A DNA stretch of 64,000 nucleotides from assembly GCA_963708295.1 (NCBI GenBank), contig CAVPSJ010000012.1, positions 96,001-160,000 of the forward strand. The letters run 5' to 3'. This stretch comes from an uncultured delta proteobacterium. GTDB lineage: Bacteria; Desulfobacterota; BSN033; UBA1163. Made by a program: the position numbers and the translations under genes. Within the stretch, counting starts at the first letter, position 1. The number at the start of each line of letters is the position of its first letter. This document shows positions 43,188 to 53,547 of the stretch, in pieces. The notes beneath the pieces were generated by a model. That model searched no databases. It was given only the letters and a program-made list of their open reading frames with translations, and had not been told where the DNA came from.

Positions 43188-43886
43188 ATGTACCGCTGGG
43201 GGATGGTAATCGATCTGGATAAATGCACGGGATGTCAGGCTTGCGTCGTGGCCTGCCGGCAGGAGAACAACATCCCGATTATGGGCGAGAAGTATGCCAG
43301 GCTGGGACGGGCGAAATTCTGGATGAATCTCATCCATGAGATCAAGGGAACCTATCCCGATGTGGAGATGCGCTTCATTCCCATGCCCTGCATGCACTGT
43401 GACAAACCGCCTTGTACCAAAGTCTGTCCCGTCGAAGCGACCTACAAGAACCCGGAAGGGATTGTCGCACAGGTCTATCCCCGCTGCATCGGAGTCCGGA
43501 TGTGCATTTCCAACTGCCCCTACACCGTCCGCTATTTCAATTGGTATCCACCTTCCTGGCCGGAAGAGTACAAAAAGGGGTTAAATCCGGATGTATACCC
43601 GCGTAGAAAAGGGATTACGGAGAAATGCAATTTTTGCATCCATAGGATTCGAAGAGCGAAGATGACCGCCAGGAAAGAGAATCGAAGAATAAGAGAGGGT
43701 GAGGTGACTCCTGCTTGTGTCGAGACCTGTCCGAGCGAAGCCCTCTCTTTTGGAGACCTGAATGACCCACAGAGTAGGGTTTCCAAGCTCTCTAAGAGCA
43801 GACGCGCCTTCCGGCTCATGGAGGACCTTGGAACGGAACCAAAAGTCTTTTATCTAAAAGAAGGGGACTGGTATGATGGAGAGTGA
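43188..43886 (+). CDS. Iron-sulfur subunit (ActB2/QrcC-like)
   Basis: CTGCQACVVAC, CMHCDKPPC, CIGVRMCISNCPY, EKCNFC, PACVETCP. Confidence 0.92.
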   Translation: MYRWGMVIDLDKCTGCQACVVACRQENNIPIMGEKYARLGRAKFWMNLIHEIKGTYPDVEMRFIPMPCMHCDKPPCTKVCPVEATYKNPEGIVAQVYPRCIGVRMCISNCPYTVRYFNWYPPSWPEEYKKGLNPDVYPRRKGITEKCNFCIHRIRRAKMTARKENRRIREGEVTPACVETCPSEALSFGDLNDPQSRVSKLSKSRRAFRLMEDLGTEPKVFYLKEGDWYDGE

Positions 43887-45198
43887 GGCTGTCGCCGAAA
43901 AACATAGGCGTCTCATCGAACCACTGACCCGATGGGGGAGAGGCTCTTTGATCCTGATCAGTCTCCTCTCAGCGGTCGTCCTCTGGTCCGTCTTCGCATT
44001 TGTCTGGCAATTCATAGAGGGGTTGGGGGAGACCGGGATGGGCCACCCCGTGTCATGGGCTCTCTACCTTGTCAATTTCGTCTTCTTCATCGGGATCAGC
44101 CATGCGGGTGCTCTGGTCTCGGCAGTCCTCAGAATCACTCATGCCAGATGGGGGACTCCATTCGGCCGTGCCGCAGAGGCTGTGACTGTTTTCGCCCTGG
44201 CGGCAGGTCCGACCAACATCCTCTTCGATCTCGGTCGATCTTACCTCTTCTACTGGGTGGCTCTCCACGCCCAGTTCAAATCGCCACTCCTGTGGGATTT
44301 CACCTGCATCATGACTTACTTCACCGTCAGCAATATTTTCCTTTTAGTACTCATGGTCCCTGACGTTGCTTTCCTCAGGGATCGGTTCCCGGGCCGGAGA
44401 TGGCTTTACAAGCCGCTCTCTTTCGGGTGGACGGGAACAGAAAGACAGCAACGGAATTTGGGAAAGGCGATCGCCATCCTGTGCGTCGCAGTCATCCCGA
44501 TTGCCGTCAGCGTCCATACGGTGGTGTCCTGGGTCTTCGGGATGCAGACTCAACCGATGTGGCACAGCTCGATCTTCGCTCCTTATTTCGTGACCGGAGC
44601 CATCTTTTCGGGAATCGCCACGATCATTGTCGTCATCATTGCCCTAAGGAAGGCCTACCATTTTGAACATTATCTGAAGCCTCACCACTTCAACAATATG
44701 GGTTTGCTGCTTCTCGTCTTCACTCTCCTCTGGTTTTACTTTACCTTTGCTGAACATCTGACTGCGGTTTATGGAGGGGATTCTTTTGAAGTCACCGTCT
44801 TCTGGGCGAAGGTGGCCGGGAAGTATGCTCCCCTTTTCTGGACCATGGTGACTCTTTGCTTCGTGATTCCTTTTCCCATTCTTGTATTCAAGCGCACCAT
44901 TCCAGGACTTCTGATCTCATCGGTTTCGATCATTATTGGGATGTGGCTGGAACGGTTCCTCATCATCATCCCCTCTTTCACTCAACCTCGCCTTCCCTAT
45001 GCCCGTGGCCTTTATACGCCTTCCTGGGTGGAGTGGTCGATGACGGCGGGTCTCTGTGCAGGGTTCACTCTGGCTTTCGTTCTCTTCTCAAAACTCTTCC
45101 CGGTGATTTCCATCTGGGAAACGGAGAAGGAAGAAAAGGAAAGGGGTGAAACCGCTCATCGGATACAGGGCGAGGCGATGGATCCAGGCTCTTTTTAA
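43873..45198 (+). CDS. NrfD/PsrC family membrane subunit (ActC/QrcD-like)
   Basis: NFVFFIGISHAG, DLGR, SPLLWDF, SVHTVVSW, GMWLERF. Confidence 0.92.
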   Translation: MMESEAVAEKHRRLIEPLTRWGRGSLILISLLSAVVLWSVFAFVWQFIEGLGETGMGHPVSWALYLVNFVFFIGISHAGALVSAVLRITHARWGTPFGRAAEAVTVFALAAGPTNILFDLGRSYLFYWVALHAQFKSPLLWDFTCIMTYFTVSNIFLLVLMVPDVAFLRDRFPGRRWLYKPLSFGWTGTERQQRNLGKAIAILCVAVIPIAVSVHTVVSWVFGMQTQPMWHSSIFAPYFVTGAIFSGIATIIVVIIALRKAYHFEHYLKPHHFNNMGLLLLVFTLLWFYFTFAEHLTAVYGGDSFEVTVFWAKVAGKYAPLFWTMVTLCFVIPFPILVFKRTIPGLLISSVSIIIGMWLERFLIIIPSFTQPRLPYARGLYTPSWVEWSMTAGLCAGFTLAFVLFSKLFPVISIWETEKEEKERGETAHRIQGEAMDPGSF

Positions 45199-45210
45199 CG
45201 GGAAGAATCC

Positions 45211-47154
45211 ATGTTTAAGAAAGTTCTCATTGCCAATCGGGGAGAAATCGCGGTTCGTATCCTCCGCGCCTGCCATGAGCTGGGGATCTCGGTCGCGGCT
45301 GTTTACTCCGAGCAGGATCGGGGGGCCTTGCATGTCCGCTACGCTGACGAGGCTTACTCGTTAGGCAGCGGAACCTCCGAAAACACTTACCTCTCCGGAG
45401 ATAAGATTCTGACGATCGCTGAAAAAGCGGGGGCAGATGCGATCCATCCCGGATACGGATTCTTGGCCGAAAACCCGGACTTCGCTCGATCGTGCCAGGA
45501 AAAGGGGGTTGTCTTCATTGGACCCTCCGGGGAATCTCTGGAAATCATGGGTCGAAAGCTGACGGCAAGATCGAACATGACCCGGGCTTCGATTCCCGTG
45601 ATTCCGGGGGGCGAATTTCCTCCGGATGACAAAGAGGGCGCCCTGAAGGCCGCCCGTGATCTGCGATATCCGGTGCTCATCAAAGCCGTTGCGGGGGGCG
45701 GAGGGAAAGGGATCCGGCGCGTGGACCGGAAGGAACAATTTTTTGAAGCGGTGCGCGTCGCAAGGACGGAGGCCAGGGCCGCCTTCGGAAATGACGCCCT
45801 CTATCTTGAGAAATACATCTCCCGCGCGCGGCACATCGAGTTTCAGATTCTGGCCGATCATTACGGGAACATCATCCATCTTTTCGACCGGGAGTGCTCC
45901 ATCCAGAGGAGGTACCAAAAGATCCTTGAGGAGTGCCCTTCTCCTTTCTTAGACGACACTACCCGCCTTCGAATGGCCGGGGTGGCCCTCTCCGCTGCCA
46001 TCGCCGTCAACTATACCGGGGCGGGGACGGTGGAATTTCTCGTGGACCCGGAGAAAAATTTCTTTTACCTCGAACTCAACGCCCGCCTCCAGGTGGAACA
46101 CCCGGTCACGGAAATGGTGACCGGGGTGGATATCGTGAAGGCACAAATCCGCATCGCTGAAGGTGAAAAGCTTTCTCTGACTCAAAAGGACGTTCAACCG
46201 GTCGGGGCATCCCTGGTCTGCCGAATCTATGCGGAAGATCCCGAGACTCATTTCTTCCCTTCCGCAGGAAGAATTGAGAGGCTCCAGATTCCGAGCGGAC
46301 CCGGGATTCGCGTGGACCTCGGAATCTACCAGGGTTATACGGTTCCGATCGACTACGATCCGATCATCGCCAAGGTCATCGCCTGGGGCCGGAATCGGCA
46401 GGAGGCCCTTTTGCGAATGGACCGGGCACTCCGGGAACTCGTCATCCAAGGGGTCAAGACGACCATTCCGTTCCACCGCTGGCTCATCAACCATCCCTCC
46501 TTCATCAAGGGGGATTTCGACACCACCTTCGTGGATCGGGAATACTTACAGAAAAAGCAGGAGCAGAAAGATTCCTTCTGGGAGACTGCCTGCATCGCCA
46601 CTGCCATCCGGGCCTATCAGAAAGACCGGAAGGGCCCCGGACATGAATACAAGATCAAACTTGGGGATGCCCTTTATGACGTGAGGGTGGAATCCATCCG
46701 CGGTCGTGTCTATCGTGTTTTTCTTCTCAGTCACGACCATCACGTTGATTTTTTCGAAGTCTCGGAGAATCTTTACTCCATGATCTCGGATGGTCATTCC
46801 TACGAAGTGGATATGATGGAAAAAGGGAATCTCTATCAGGTCTTCGTGGGAGGAAGGAGTTACACGTCTGAAATCCTTGGACCGGGAAGAAGGCCTCCTT
46901 CTCCCGTCAAAGAGGGAAAACCCCCTCTCTCTCGTAAAGAGGTGGTAACCTCTCCGATGACCTGTAAGATTGCCAGGATTCTGATCAAGGTTGGAGAGGT
47001 CGCGCAGATTGGCCAGGGGCTCCTCATCACAGAGGCCATGAAGATGGAAATGGCCATCCCCTCTCCCATGAGGGGAAGAGTCAAGGAGCTTTTGGTGAAG
47101 GAAGGAGAAACCGTTGATGCAGGAGCAAAGCTCCTGACCCTGGCTCCTCTTTGA
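45211..47154 (+). CDS. Biotin carboxylase-BCCP fusion (acyl-CoA carboxylase alpha subunit)
   Basis: ANRGEIA, HPGYGFLAEN, GGGGKG, RECSIQRR, RLQVEHPVTE, EAMKM biotin site. Confidence 0.92.
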   Translation: MFKKVLIANRGEIAVRILRACHELGISVAAVYSEQDRGALHVRYADEAYSLGSGTSENTYLSGDKILTIAEKAGADAIHPGYGFLAENPDFARSCQEKGVVFIGPSGESLEIMGRKLTARSNMTRASIPVIPGGEFPPDDKEGALKAARDLRYPVLIKAVAGGGGKGIRRVDRKEQFFEAVRVARTEARAAFGNDALYLEKYISRARHIEFQILADHYGNIIHLFDRECSIQRRYQKILEECPSPFLDDTTRLRMAGVALSAAIAVNYTGAGTVEFLVDPEKNFFYLELNARLQVEHPVTEMVTGVDIVKAQIRIAEGEKLSLTQKDVQPVGASLVCRIYAEDPETHFFPSAGRIERLQIPSGPGIRVDLGIYQGYTVPIDYDPIIAKVIAWGRNRQEALLRMDRALRELVIQGVKTTIPFHRWLINHPSFIKGDFDTTFVDREYLQKKQEQKDSFWETACIATAIRAYQKDRKGPGHEYKIKLGDALYDVRVESIRGRVYRVFLLSHDHHVDFFEVSENLYSMISDGHSYEVDMMEKGNLYQVFVGGRSYTSEILGPGRRPPSPVKEGKPPLSRKEVVTSPMTCKIARILIKVGEVAQIGQGLLITEAMKMEMAIPSPMRGRVKELLVKEGETVDAGAKLLTLAPL

Positions 47155-47244
47155 AGAGGGAACCCTTCGCCTTCTCCTTGCGCCTTTCTCTACCGTCTTC
47201 CGGCGAGAGAGCATGAATTGAAACTTACTAATTTACTAATGGGG

Positions 47245-47430
47245 CCATAATTGAGAAGACATAATTATACTGCTCCGGCAAATCCCCATCCCCTTCCTAA
47301 CCTCCCCCTTGAAGGGGGAGGAACGTGACGCTTTCTCTCCCCGTCAGGGAAGGAGCGCAACTGTTTCCCTCCCCTTCAGGGGGAGGGAAAGGGTGGGGGT
47401 GGGCTTAATCAGATGTCTATCCAACTATGG
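47245..47430. mobile_element. MITE-like element with imperfect 18-bp terminal inverted repeats
   Basis: CCATAATTGAGAAGACAT ... ATGTCTATCCAACTATGG; internal CCTCCCCCTTGAAGGGGGAGG palindromes; second copy at 607-966. Confidence 0.65.
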
Positions 47431-47471
47431 ACCGATTAATAAAAAATCCACCGGGCCAAGGAGGAAGAAAA

Positions 47472-47873
47472 ATGAAAAAATGGACATGGACGGTGATCGT
47501 CGGATCTCTTTCTCTTTTTGCCTCATCCGGCATCGTTCTTGGAGCAGATCCTAAGCCTCCCCAGAAGACGCCCGATCTGGTAAACGTGGGCAAAAAACTC
47601 TACGACCAGAATTGCCTCCCCTGCCATGGGGCAAAAGGAGAAGGAAAGGGACCGCTTGCGGCTGCGCTCACGCCTCACCCGTCAGACTTTGCCCTGCCCC
47701 TGAAAGACTGGCCCCATACAAAAGGAGACCCGGAGAAAATCTTAGGGGTGATTACAAAAGGCATTCCGGATTCGGCCATGGTAGGGTTTCCCCAGTTATC
47801 GGACAAGGAAAGGTGGGGGTTGGTCTACAGAGTGATGGAATTTTCCGTACCGTCAGGGAGGAAGGGGAAATAA
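47472..47873 (+). CDS. Periplasmic monoheme cytochrome c
   Basis: Signal peptide, CLPCHG, GIPDSAM distal Met. Confidence 0.9.
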   Translation: MKKWTWTVIVGSLSLFASSGIVLGADPKPPQKTPDLVNVGKKLYDQNCLPCHGAKGEGKGPLAAALTPHPSDFALPLKDWPHTKGDPEKILGVITKGIPDSAMVGFPQLSDKERWGLVYRVMEFSVPSGRKGK

Positions 47874-47891
47874 ATAGTCGCGGACGAAGAG

Positions 47892-48785
47892 CTACCCTTC
47901 TTTCTTCTCTTCATCCTCCAATTTTTTCAGGAAGGCCTGAATGTAAACCACCTTGTCTTCTTTCAGCCTGTCGTCCCCTTCTGACTGCCCGGGAATCCTC
48001 CCGGACTGCTTATAAACTTCTTCCAACTGATGGATGACCTCCTGGAGCTTGGGATCCTCTTCCACCAGATGGTTGATCTGCTGATCAAAATACTCACCGG
48101 CCTTTTCGAGTTCGGAGAGGTCAACTTCCATGCGGGTCAAGTCCATCAATCTTTTCAGGACCGAGCAGGCCGTTTTTATATTCTTGGTCTGAAGATATTG
48201 CGGGACATGGCCCCAAAGGCTGACGCCCTTCAAACCCCTCTTTCTCGCGGCCTCGAGAATAAACGTATGAATGCTGATGGGGCCGGAATATTCCGTCAGC
48301 CCCAGCCCCGCCCGGATCAGTTTCTCCCTCAACTCCTCATGATTGAACAGGGCGCTGACCATGGGAGGATAGGTGTGAGGGATGTAATCGTAAGTGCCGC
48401 CGAGGGTGAAGATCTGGGCGACATTGAAATGTTCCGCCAGGTCGAGAAGAAGGTGAGCAAACCGATCCCATCGAAGATGAGGCTCGACCCCGTGAAAGAG
48501 GATGAGGTCGTTGAAAAGCGGAGCCTTGACATAGTAAAAATCGTTGGCGGGCGGCTTCAATTCAAGCAGCCTTCCCTCTTTAATAACCGCCATCGGCCGC
48601 AGGGAAGAGATTTGATAAAACATCTCCGTCTGAATGGAAGCGAATTTCTTGGCTTTTAAGCTGTCGATCAAATGCTGAAGAGCATAAGAAGAAACCTCTC
48701 CTGCGTTCGGCCACCCTTCAAAGCCGATGATCATGGAGGGTTTATCAAGGTTTGGTTTCTCGGTATAAATCACTTCTTCCATCAA
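47892..48785 (-). CDS. PAC2 family protein
   Basis: GFEGWPNAG, GVEPHLRW, TLGG, PHT, YSGP, LWGHVPQY. Confidence 0.85.
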   Translation of the reverse strand: MMEEVIYTEKPNLDKPSMIIGFEGWPNAGEVSSYALQHLIDSLKAKKFASIQTEMFYQISSLRPMAVIKEGRLLELKPPANDFYYVKAPLFNDLILFHGVEPHLRWDRFAHLLLDLAEHFNVAQIFTLGGTYDYIPHTYPPMVSALFNHEELREKLIRAGLGLTEYSGPISIHTFILEAARKRGLKGVSLWGHVPQYLQTKNIKTACSVLKRLMDLTRMEVDLSELEKAGEYFDQQINHLVEEDPKLQEVIHQLEEVYKQSGRIPGQSEGDDRLKEDKVVYIQAFLKKLEDEEKKEG

Positions 48786-48834
48786 GGCTCATCCCCCGTT
48801 CAGTATAGCCCAAAACGGGAAAAAATACGACACA

Positions 48835-49467
48835 TCACTCCGATTTAGAGCGGTTGATCAGTCTTCCCGCTGTCACCTGACCCAGCACCACCATATCTTC
48901 CAGGGTAAGATAATGGTCTATAGAGGCATCGAAGAGAAGCTGGACGGACGGCGGAAATTCTTCGTCCCCTTCCCAGAGGACGTACTGAAGGGGCACACGG
49001 GGGAAAGCATGAAGAATGAAAGAAGCATCCCCGATCTCAACGGACTCGCCCCCGGATCGGATGCCCGTCTCTTTAAACGAGTGGGCCGACTTCCCAAATT
49101 TCCTCTGCAACGGTTCTGTCACCCGCCTGGCAAAAACACCCGCGTAGAGGAGGCCTCCCGGAATATCTTTGTACGCCGCCCATTTTCCCGTGAGGGGATA
49201 ACCGTCGGCACGCATCAGATAATGAAGGAGGAGAATCCGGGTCACCAGGGAAACCACCTTTTTCGACGGAGAATGAAATTCTATTTGAGGAAACTGAATC
49301 GTATAGCGCTCCCAAAAAAAAGGAACGGTGATTTTTTCTCCCTCTTTTCCTTTTTCGTAATCTGCCCCGGCCTTCATCGCCCTCTCTTCGGGATTCATCC
49401 CCCGGATGGAAGAACAGGCAAGGTCAAGCGTCTGCTGATAATTTTTTTGCTTGGAGAGTTCCATCAC
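48835..49467 (-). CDS. DUF3786 family protein
   Basis: LLLHYL, KDIPGG, WEGDEEFPP..LLFD..LTLED. Confidence 0.82.
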   Translation of the reverse strand: MMELSKQKNYQQTLDLACSSIRGMNPEERAMKAGADYEKGKEGEKITVPFFWERYTIQFPQIEFHSPSKKVVSLVTRILLLHYLMRADGYPLTGKWAAYKDIPGGLLYAGVFARRVTEPLQRKFGKSAHSFKETGIRSGGESVEIGDASFILHAFPRVPLQYVLWEGDEEFPPSVQLLFDASIDHYLTLEDMVVLGQVTAGRLINRSKSE

Positions 49468-49505
49468 TCACTCTAAAACCCCTTATCGCAAGGCGCACAG
49501 CGATT

Positions 49506-49630
49506 AAAATCACAAATTCCAAATCCCAAATAAGCTCCAAATCCCAATTTCAAATGACCAAACACGTCCGTATTGAAATTTTGGTGATCGGAATTTATTT
49601 GGGATTTAGCGCTTGGCATTTGGTGCTTCC
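49506..49630. repeat. Heptamer-periodic inverted repeat
   Basis: Reverse complement closely matches 40523-40646. Confidence 0.8.
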
Positions 49631-49631
49631 G

Positions 49632-50300
49632 TCATCCAATCTCTTCTCTCAATTTCCTTATCGTTTCCTCGTAGTTTTCCGTCTTGAAGATACCCGTGCC
49701 CACGACGAAGATATCCGCACCGGCCCTTGAAACCTCCCTGATATTCTCAGCCTTCACTCCCCCGTCGACTTCTATCTCCAGGGGGTGACGGTTTTGATCG
49801 ACGATTTTCCTCAATCGTTCGATCTTTTTCAGGGTCGAGGGAATAAAGGATTGTCCGCCAAACCCGGGGTTCACCGACATGATCAGAACTAAGTCGATTT
49901 CATCCAGAACCGGAAAAAGTGCTTTTAACGGAGTCGCCGGTTTGAGCACAATGCCCGGTCTCGCCCTCAACTGGCGAACCTTCTTGATCACCCGCTTGAG
50001 GTGAGGACACGTTTCGGCATGAACCGTCATCCAGTCGCCCCCCGCCTGGGCAAACGCCTCGATATAACGCTCAGGGTTCTCGATCATGAGATGGACATCC
50101 AGCGGCAACGAGGTCAGCTTTTTCAATCCCTGCACCACCAGAGGCCCGATGGTGATGTTGGGGACAAAATGCCCGTCCATCACGTCGACATGGATCACAT
50201 CGGCTCCCGCCTTTTCAACCGCCCTTACCTCGTCGGCGAGGCGGCTGAAATCAGCAGACAAAATCGAAGGCGCTATCTTTTTCACGGATACCCTCCCCAT
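49632..50300 (-). CDS. rpe: Ribulose-phosphate 3-epimerase
   Basis: APSILSADF, HVDVMDGHFVPN, DVHLMI, MSVNPGFGGQ, EVDGG. Confidence 0.97.
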   Translation of the reverse strand: MGRVSVKKIAPSILSADFSRLADEVRAVEKAGADVIHVDVMDGHFVPNITIGPLVVQGLKKLTSLPLDVHLMIENPERYIEAFAQAGGDWMTVHAETCPHLKRVIKKVRQLRARPGIVLKPATPLKALFPVLDEIDLVLIMSVNPGFGGQSFIPSTLKKIERLRKIVDQNRHPLEIEVDGGVKAENIREVSRAGADIFVVGTGIFKTENYEETIRKLREEIG

Positions 50301-50724
50301 TGTTCATGAAAGAATCTCTTCATTCTATTTCTCAGAAATCTTAAATCGGCCCTCGCCTCTTTGCAGAGAGAGATGGGTCATCCTTGGCATCCCTGGAAAT
50401 ACTTGACCACATCTTGCTTGAACTCTCTCACACCAACAAATTTAATCTTACTCACCTTCAAAAATAGTGTTACCACAAATGTGGGGATAATTCAAAAGGT
50501 TCTTATCAGGGGCTTATCTCCCTATCTCGGATGGCCCTAAAAAGGAAAGGAGGTTATAATTAGAAACTGGAAAGATCTATCCCGCCTTCATAACGGATTT
50601 GGGCGGGTAAAGATGTTTCAACTGCAACTTCGCCCTGAGATATAAGAATTTGTTTCAGTAAAAGAAGGCGGTTATCTTATTCAAATCCCCATCGTGTCAC
50701 AGCGACAATTTTGTGGAGGTTAAG

Positions 50725-50907
50725 ATGAAATGCGATCGATGCAGCGGGACAATGATTCATGAGGAGTTTTTCGGTCCGAATGGTTCCTTCCTCAGCTGGC
50801 GGTGCTTAATTTGTGGAGAGGTTGTCGATCAGACGATCAAAGACAATCGGGATCATCAGAGCCACGGAGGGGAGTGGGACAGAAGAGGCAAGAAGTCGGA
50901 AAGATAA
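50725..50907 (+). CDS. Small Zn-ribbon protein
   Basis: MKCDRC...WRCLICGE; GGAGG RBS. Confidence 0.65.
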   Translation: MKCDRCSGTMIHEEFFGPNGSFLSWRCLICGEVVDQTIKDNRDHQSHGGEWDRRGKKSER

Positions 50908-50948
50908 CCCTGCGACTCCGCATCCCGAGCCCCCCAGCACCCTCCACC

Positions 50949-52163
50949 TCAAGATTGGATGCCGCTGAAGAAGAAATCAAGGTATTGCACGAGAGCGTTG
51001 GTCACAAGTCGAGCATCCTGCCAATACTGGTCGAGCACCCATAGGGCAGATCCAAGGCCGGTTAGATAATGGGGGTCATAGGCGCCCTGATACTTGTCAC
51101 ACACCCCTTGAACGAGGAAGCGTTTTATCTTCTGCCGACCCTCTTGAGAGCCGATCAGGCCGCTGAGCGATGCCACAACAGGCTTCGTCTTCAGGGTCGA
51201 AAATCTTTCGTAGAATTGATCATATTCCTTCGCGGGTTCGGACGCCGCCGCCACCGGTGAAACCTTCTCTTCTCCCGTATCTCCCAAAAAGTCAATCCAT
51301 TCATTCACCATGTGATGGTAGTCCTCTTGGCCGAGAAACTTTCGGGCCCGTTCGATGGAATAGCGGGTGATCGTCTGGTGTAAAGGCACAAAGCCTTTGC
51401 CGCTTGTCGCCCGAAGCATGTGATGGTTGGAAGCCTGTTTTTCCGTATCGGGGTTTGATTTTTTCAGGGCCGGCGTAGCGCTGAACCTCCCCTTGCAGAA
51501 ATAGAGAGCCAATGCCGACAGCGCAGGCCAGGGATCCAGGTCCGTCCGCTCAAGCATTTCTGACAGAATAAAGGCGGTGCAGGAAACCGAGTGACCTAAT
51601 GAGCTGTTTAAGTAACCGCTTCCGAGGAGCAAAAGACGACGGGCAAATTCCACTCCCGACTCCTGCTTCAAAAAGGCGGCCATGAGTGCCGCGGTCTTCT
51701 CCGGATCATTTGCTTGAATTGCAGTTTCAATGTTTTTGAATCCCGCAGGAGTGGGTAAACGATCCCCCCTCGGGATTTTTCCCATCTTGGGCCTCCTCGC
51801 GTACTCCCTGATTTCGAGGGAAAGGAAGGCCCCGGTCTTTCCCTCACTCAGGTAGGGCACAAGCTCCCGATAAATACCGTACACCTTGGGCAGATGCGGG
51901 TTGATGAAAGGGGGATTCTGAACTCGCTGAACCGTAGGAAAGAGAGAAAGGTGAATCTTCCAGGGATCAATCCCCTGGCTCACCATTTTTACGCATATCT
52001 CCAACGCTCTATCCACATCCGAAGCTTCAACGGCCTCCAACAAATTCCTCCCCGTAATTTCAGTCGAATTGGCACACATGGGCCTTCCCCAATCCCCCAA
52101 GGCAGACAAACTTCCTGCAGATACGAATCTCAGGAAATCCCTTCTCGTGAATCTATTCACCAT
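50949..52163 (-). CDS. Hypothetical protein with Tat-like signal
   Basis: FTRRDFLR; 404-aa ORF with no family I recognise. Confidence 0.7.
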   Translation of the reverse strand: MVNRFTRRDFLRFVSAGSLSALGDWGRPMCANSTEITGRNLLEAVEASDVDRALEICVKMVSQGIDPWKIHLSLFPTVQRVQNPPFINPHLPKVYGIYRELVPYLSEGKTGAFLSLEIREYARRPKMGKIPRGDRLPTPAGFKNIETAIQANDPEKTAALMAAFLKQESGVEFARRLLLLGSGYLNSSLGHSVSCTAFILSEMLERTDLDPWPALSALALYFCKGRFSATPALKKSNPDTEKQASNHHMLRATSGKGFVPLHQTITRYSIERARKFLGQEDYHHMVNEWIDFLGDTGEEKVSPVAAASEPAKEYDQFYERFSTLKTKPVVASLSGLIGSQEGRQKIKRFLVQGVCDKYQGAYDPHYLTGLGSALWVLDQYWQDARLVTNALVQYLDFFFSGIQS

Positions 52164-52480
52164 AGCGAAGGAGCGCCTGGCGCCGCCTGTCCGTCAGGCA
52201 GCCGGTCAGTGATAAACGTACATCCTACCTTGTTCGTGACTCCCACGCACAAACCGTTTCGAGCGATTCACTCCTCACTTCAGCTTGCACCGGTCATTCA
52301 CTCCCAGCAATTAAAACTGGAGAGTTTCCGTAATTTACTTTCCGGACCTCTCTTTAATGACTGAGATACAAGGCTCCCGGATATTCTATCCTCAGGGGCC
52401 GTCCCATAGTCAAGGACGACAATGCTTTAAGATGCCCGGTCAAGAGTGTACGCCTGATACCGGAGTTTCTCAGAGATAGG

Positions 52481-52810
52481 CTACCAGCGATTGCGGCCGC
52501 CGCCGCCGCCACCACCACGACCTCCCCCGAAACCGCCCCCGGATCGGCCGCCTTGGCGAGGACTCTTTTCCTGCGCCTCGTTCACCTTAATGGTCTTGCC
52601 GTCAAGGGTTGCTCCATCCATCTTGGTAATCGCTGATTTAGCATCCTCATTCTGAGCGAAGGTTACGAATCCAAAACCCCGGCAGCGCCCCGTGTCCCGG
52701 TCTGTAACGACCTTGGCTTCGGTGATTTCCCCGCAAGACGCGAACGCCTGGCGTAGATCTTCATCCTTCATGTTCCAGCTCAGTCCCCCAACAAATAGTT
52801 TCTTAGCCAT
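52481..52810 (-). CDS. RRM RNA-binding protein, Gly-rich tail
   Basis: KLFVGGLSW, RGFGFVTF; AGGAGAGG RBS. Confidence 0.95.
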   Translation of the reverse strand: MAKKLFVGGLSWNMKDEDLRQAFASCGEITEAKVVTDRDTGRCRGFGFVTFAQNEDAKSAITKMDGATLDGKTIKVNEAQEKSPRQGGRSGGGFGGGRGGGGGGGRNRW

Positions 52811-53547
52811 AGGTTCAACCTCTCCTTTTCTGCGTTGGTTTTTCCAACGCCGTTTGATGGGTAGCACCCACTGTTCAGCGGCTGCTCCACTCGTCTAAAC
52901 TAAATTTGTCTTGTACAATGCCAGACCCGTTTAGGAGGATAGACACCGGTAATTCCTCTTATCCCATCCGGCTCTGTCGAAAGCCCTCAGCCATGGGATT
53001 GAGTCTTGCCCACGAGTCACGTTCAACCGATTGCATTCACCTTGCCGGCTCATGATGAAAACACCTTTGCCCTTACCGGAGGAGTGACTCTCTTGTGTTC
53101 GTGGCGAGCGAAAATAGAAAGGCTTATCCTTGGAAAGGCGTATCGCGTTAGGGCCCGGCTCACTTTTTTCTTGTTCGACCTCTACAGCTTTTCAAAACCA
53201 TACCATAAAAAGGTTAAGAATTTCAACAATATTTCTGGAACCTTCATCAATGACCGATTCAAAACAAGTATGCTCTGCCGGAATACCGGTCCGACTCCGC
53301 ACCCAGAAAGTGTGAATTTTCAACGATGTCCCCCTGTTACCCGATTTCTTCTTGCCCACGATGAACGATACCTTTGCTGTGGCGTTGCCCTGGAGGGTCG
53401 ACTTTGGAGGTTGTTTCAAGAATTATTAGATATGTTATAATGAGTACTAACCCAAAAGCCGGAAGGTAATCGTGAAACGCCAGGGAAAAAACTATAAATG
53501 GAATCTCTTGATGGTCGTCATTCAATAACCCCGGAAGGAGGAAGTCT

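Noticed and set aside
47892-48785. Evidence for a proteasome system
   Set aside because: PAC2-family genes occur without proteasome genes, and none are in the window
53030-53090. c-di-GMP-I riboswitch (GGGCAAA on minus strand)
   Set aside because: The P2 GNRA stem and following GCAAA motif are absent
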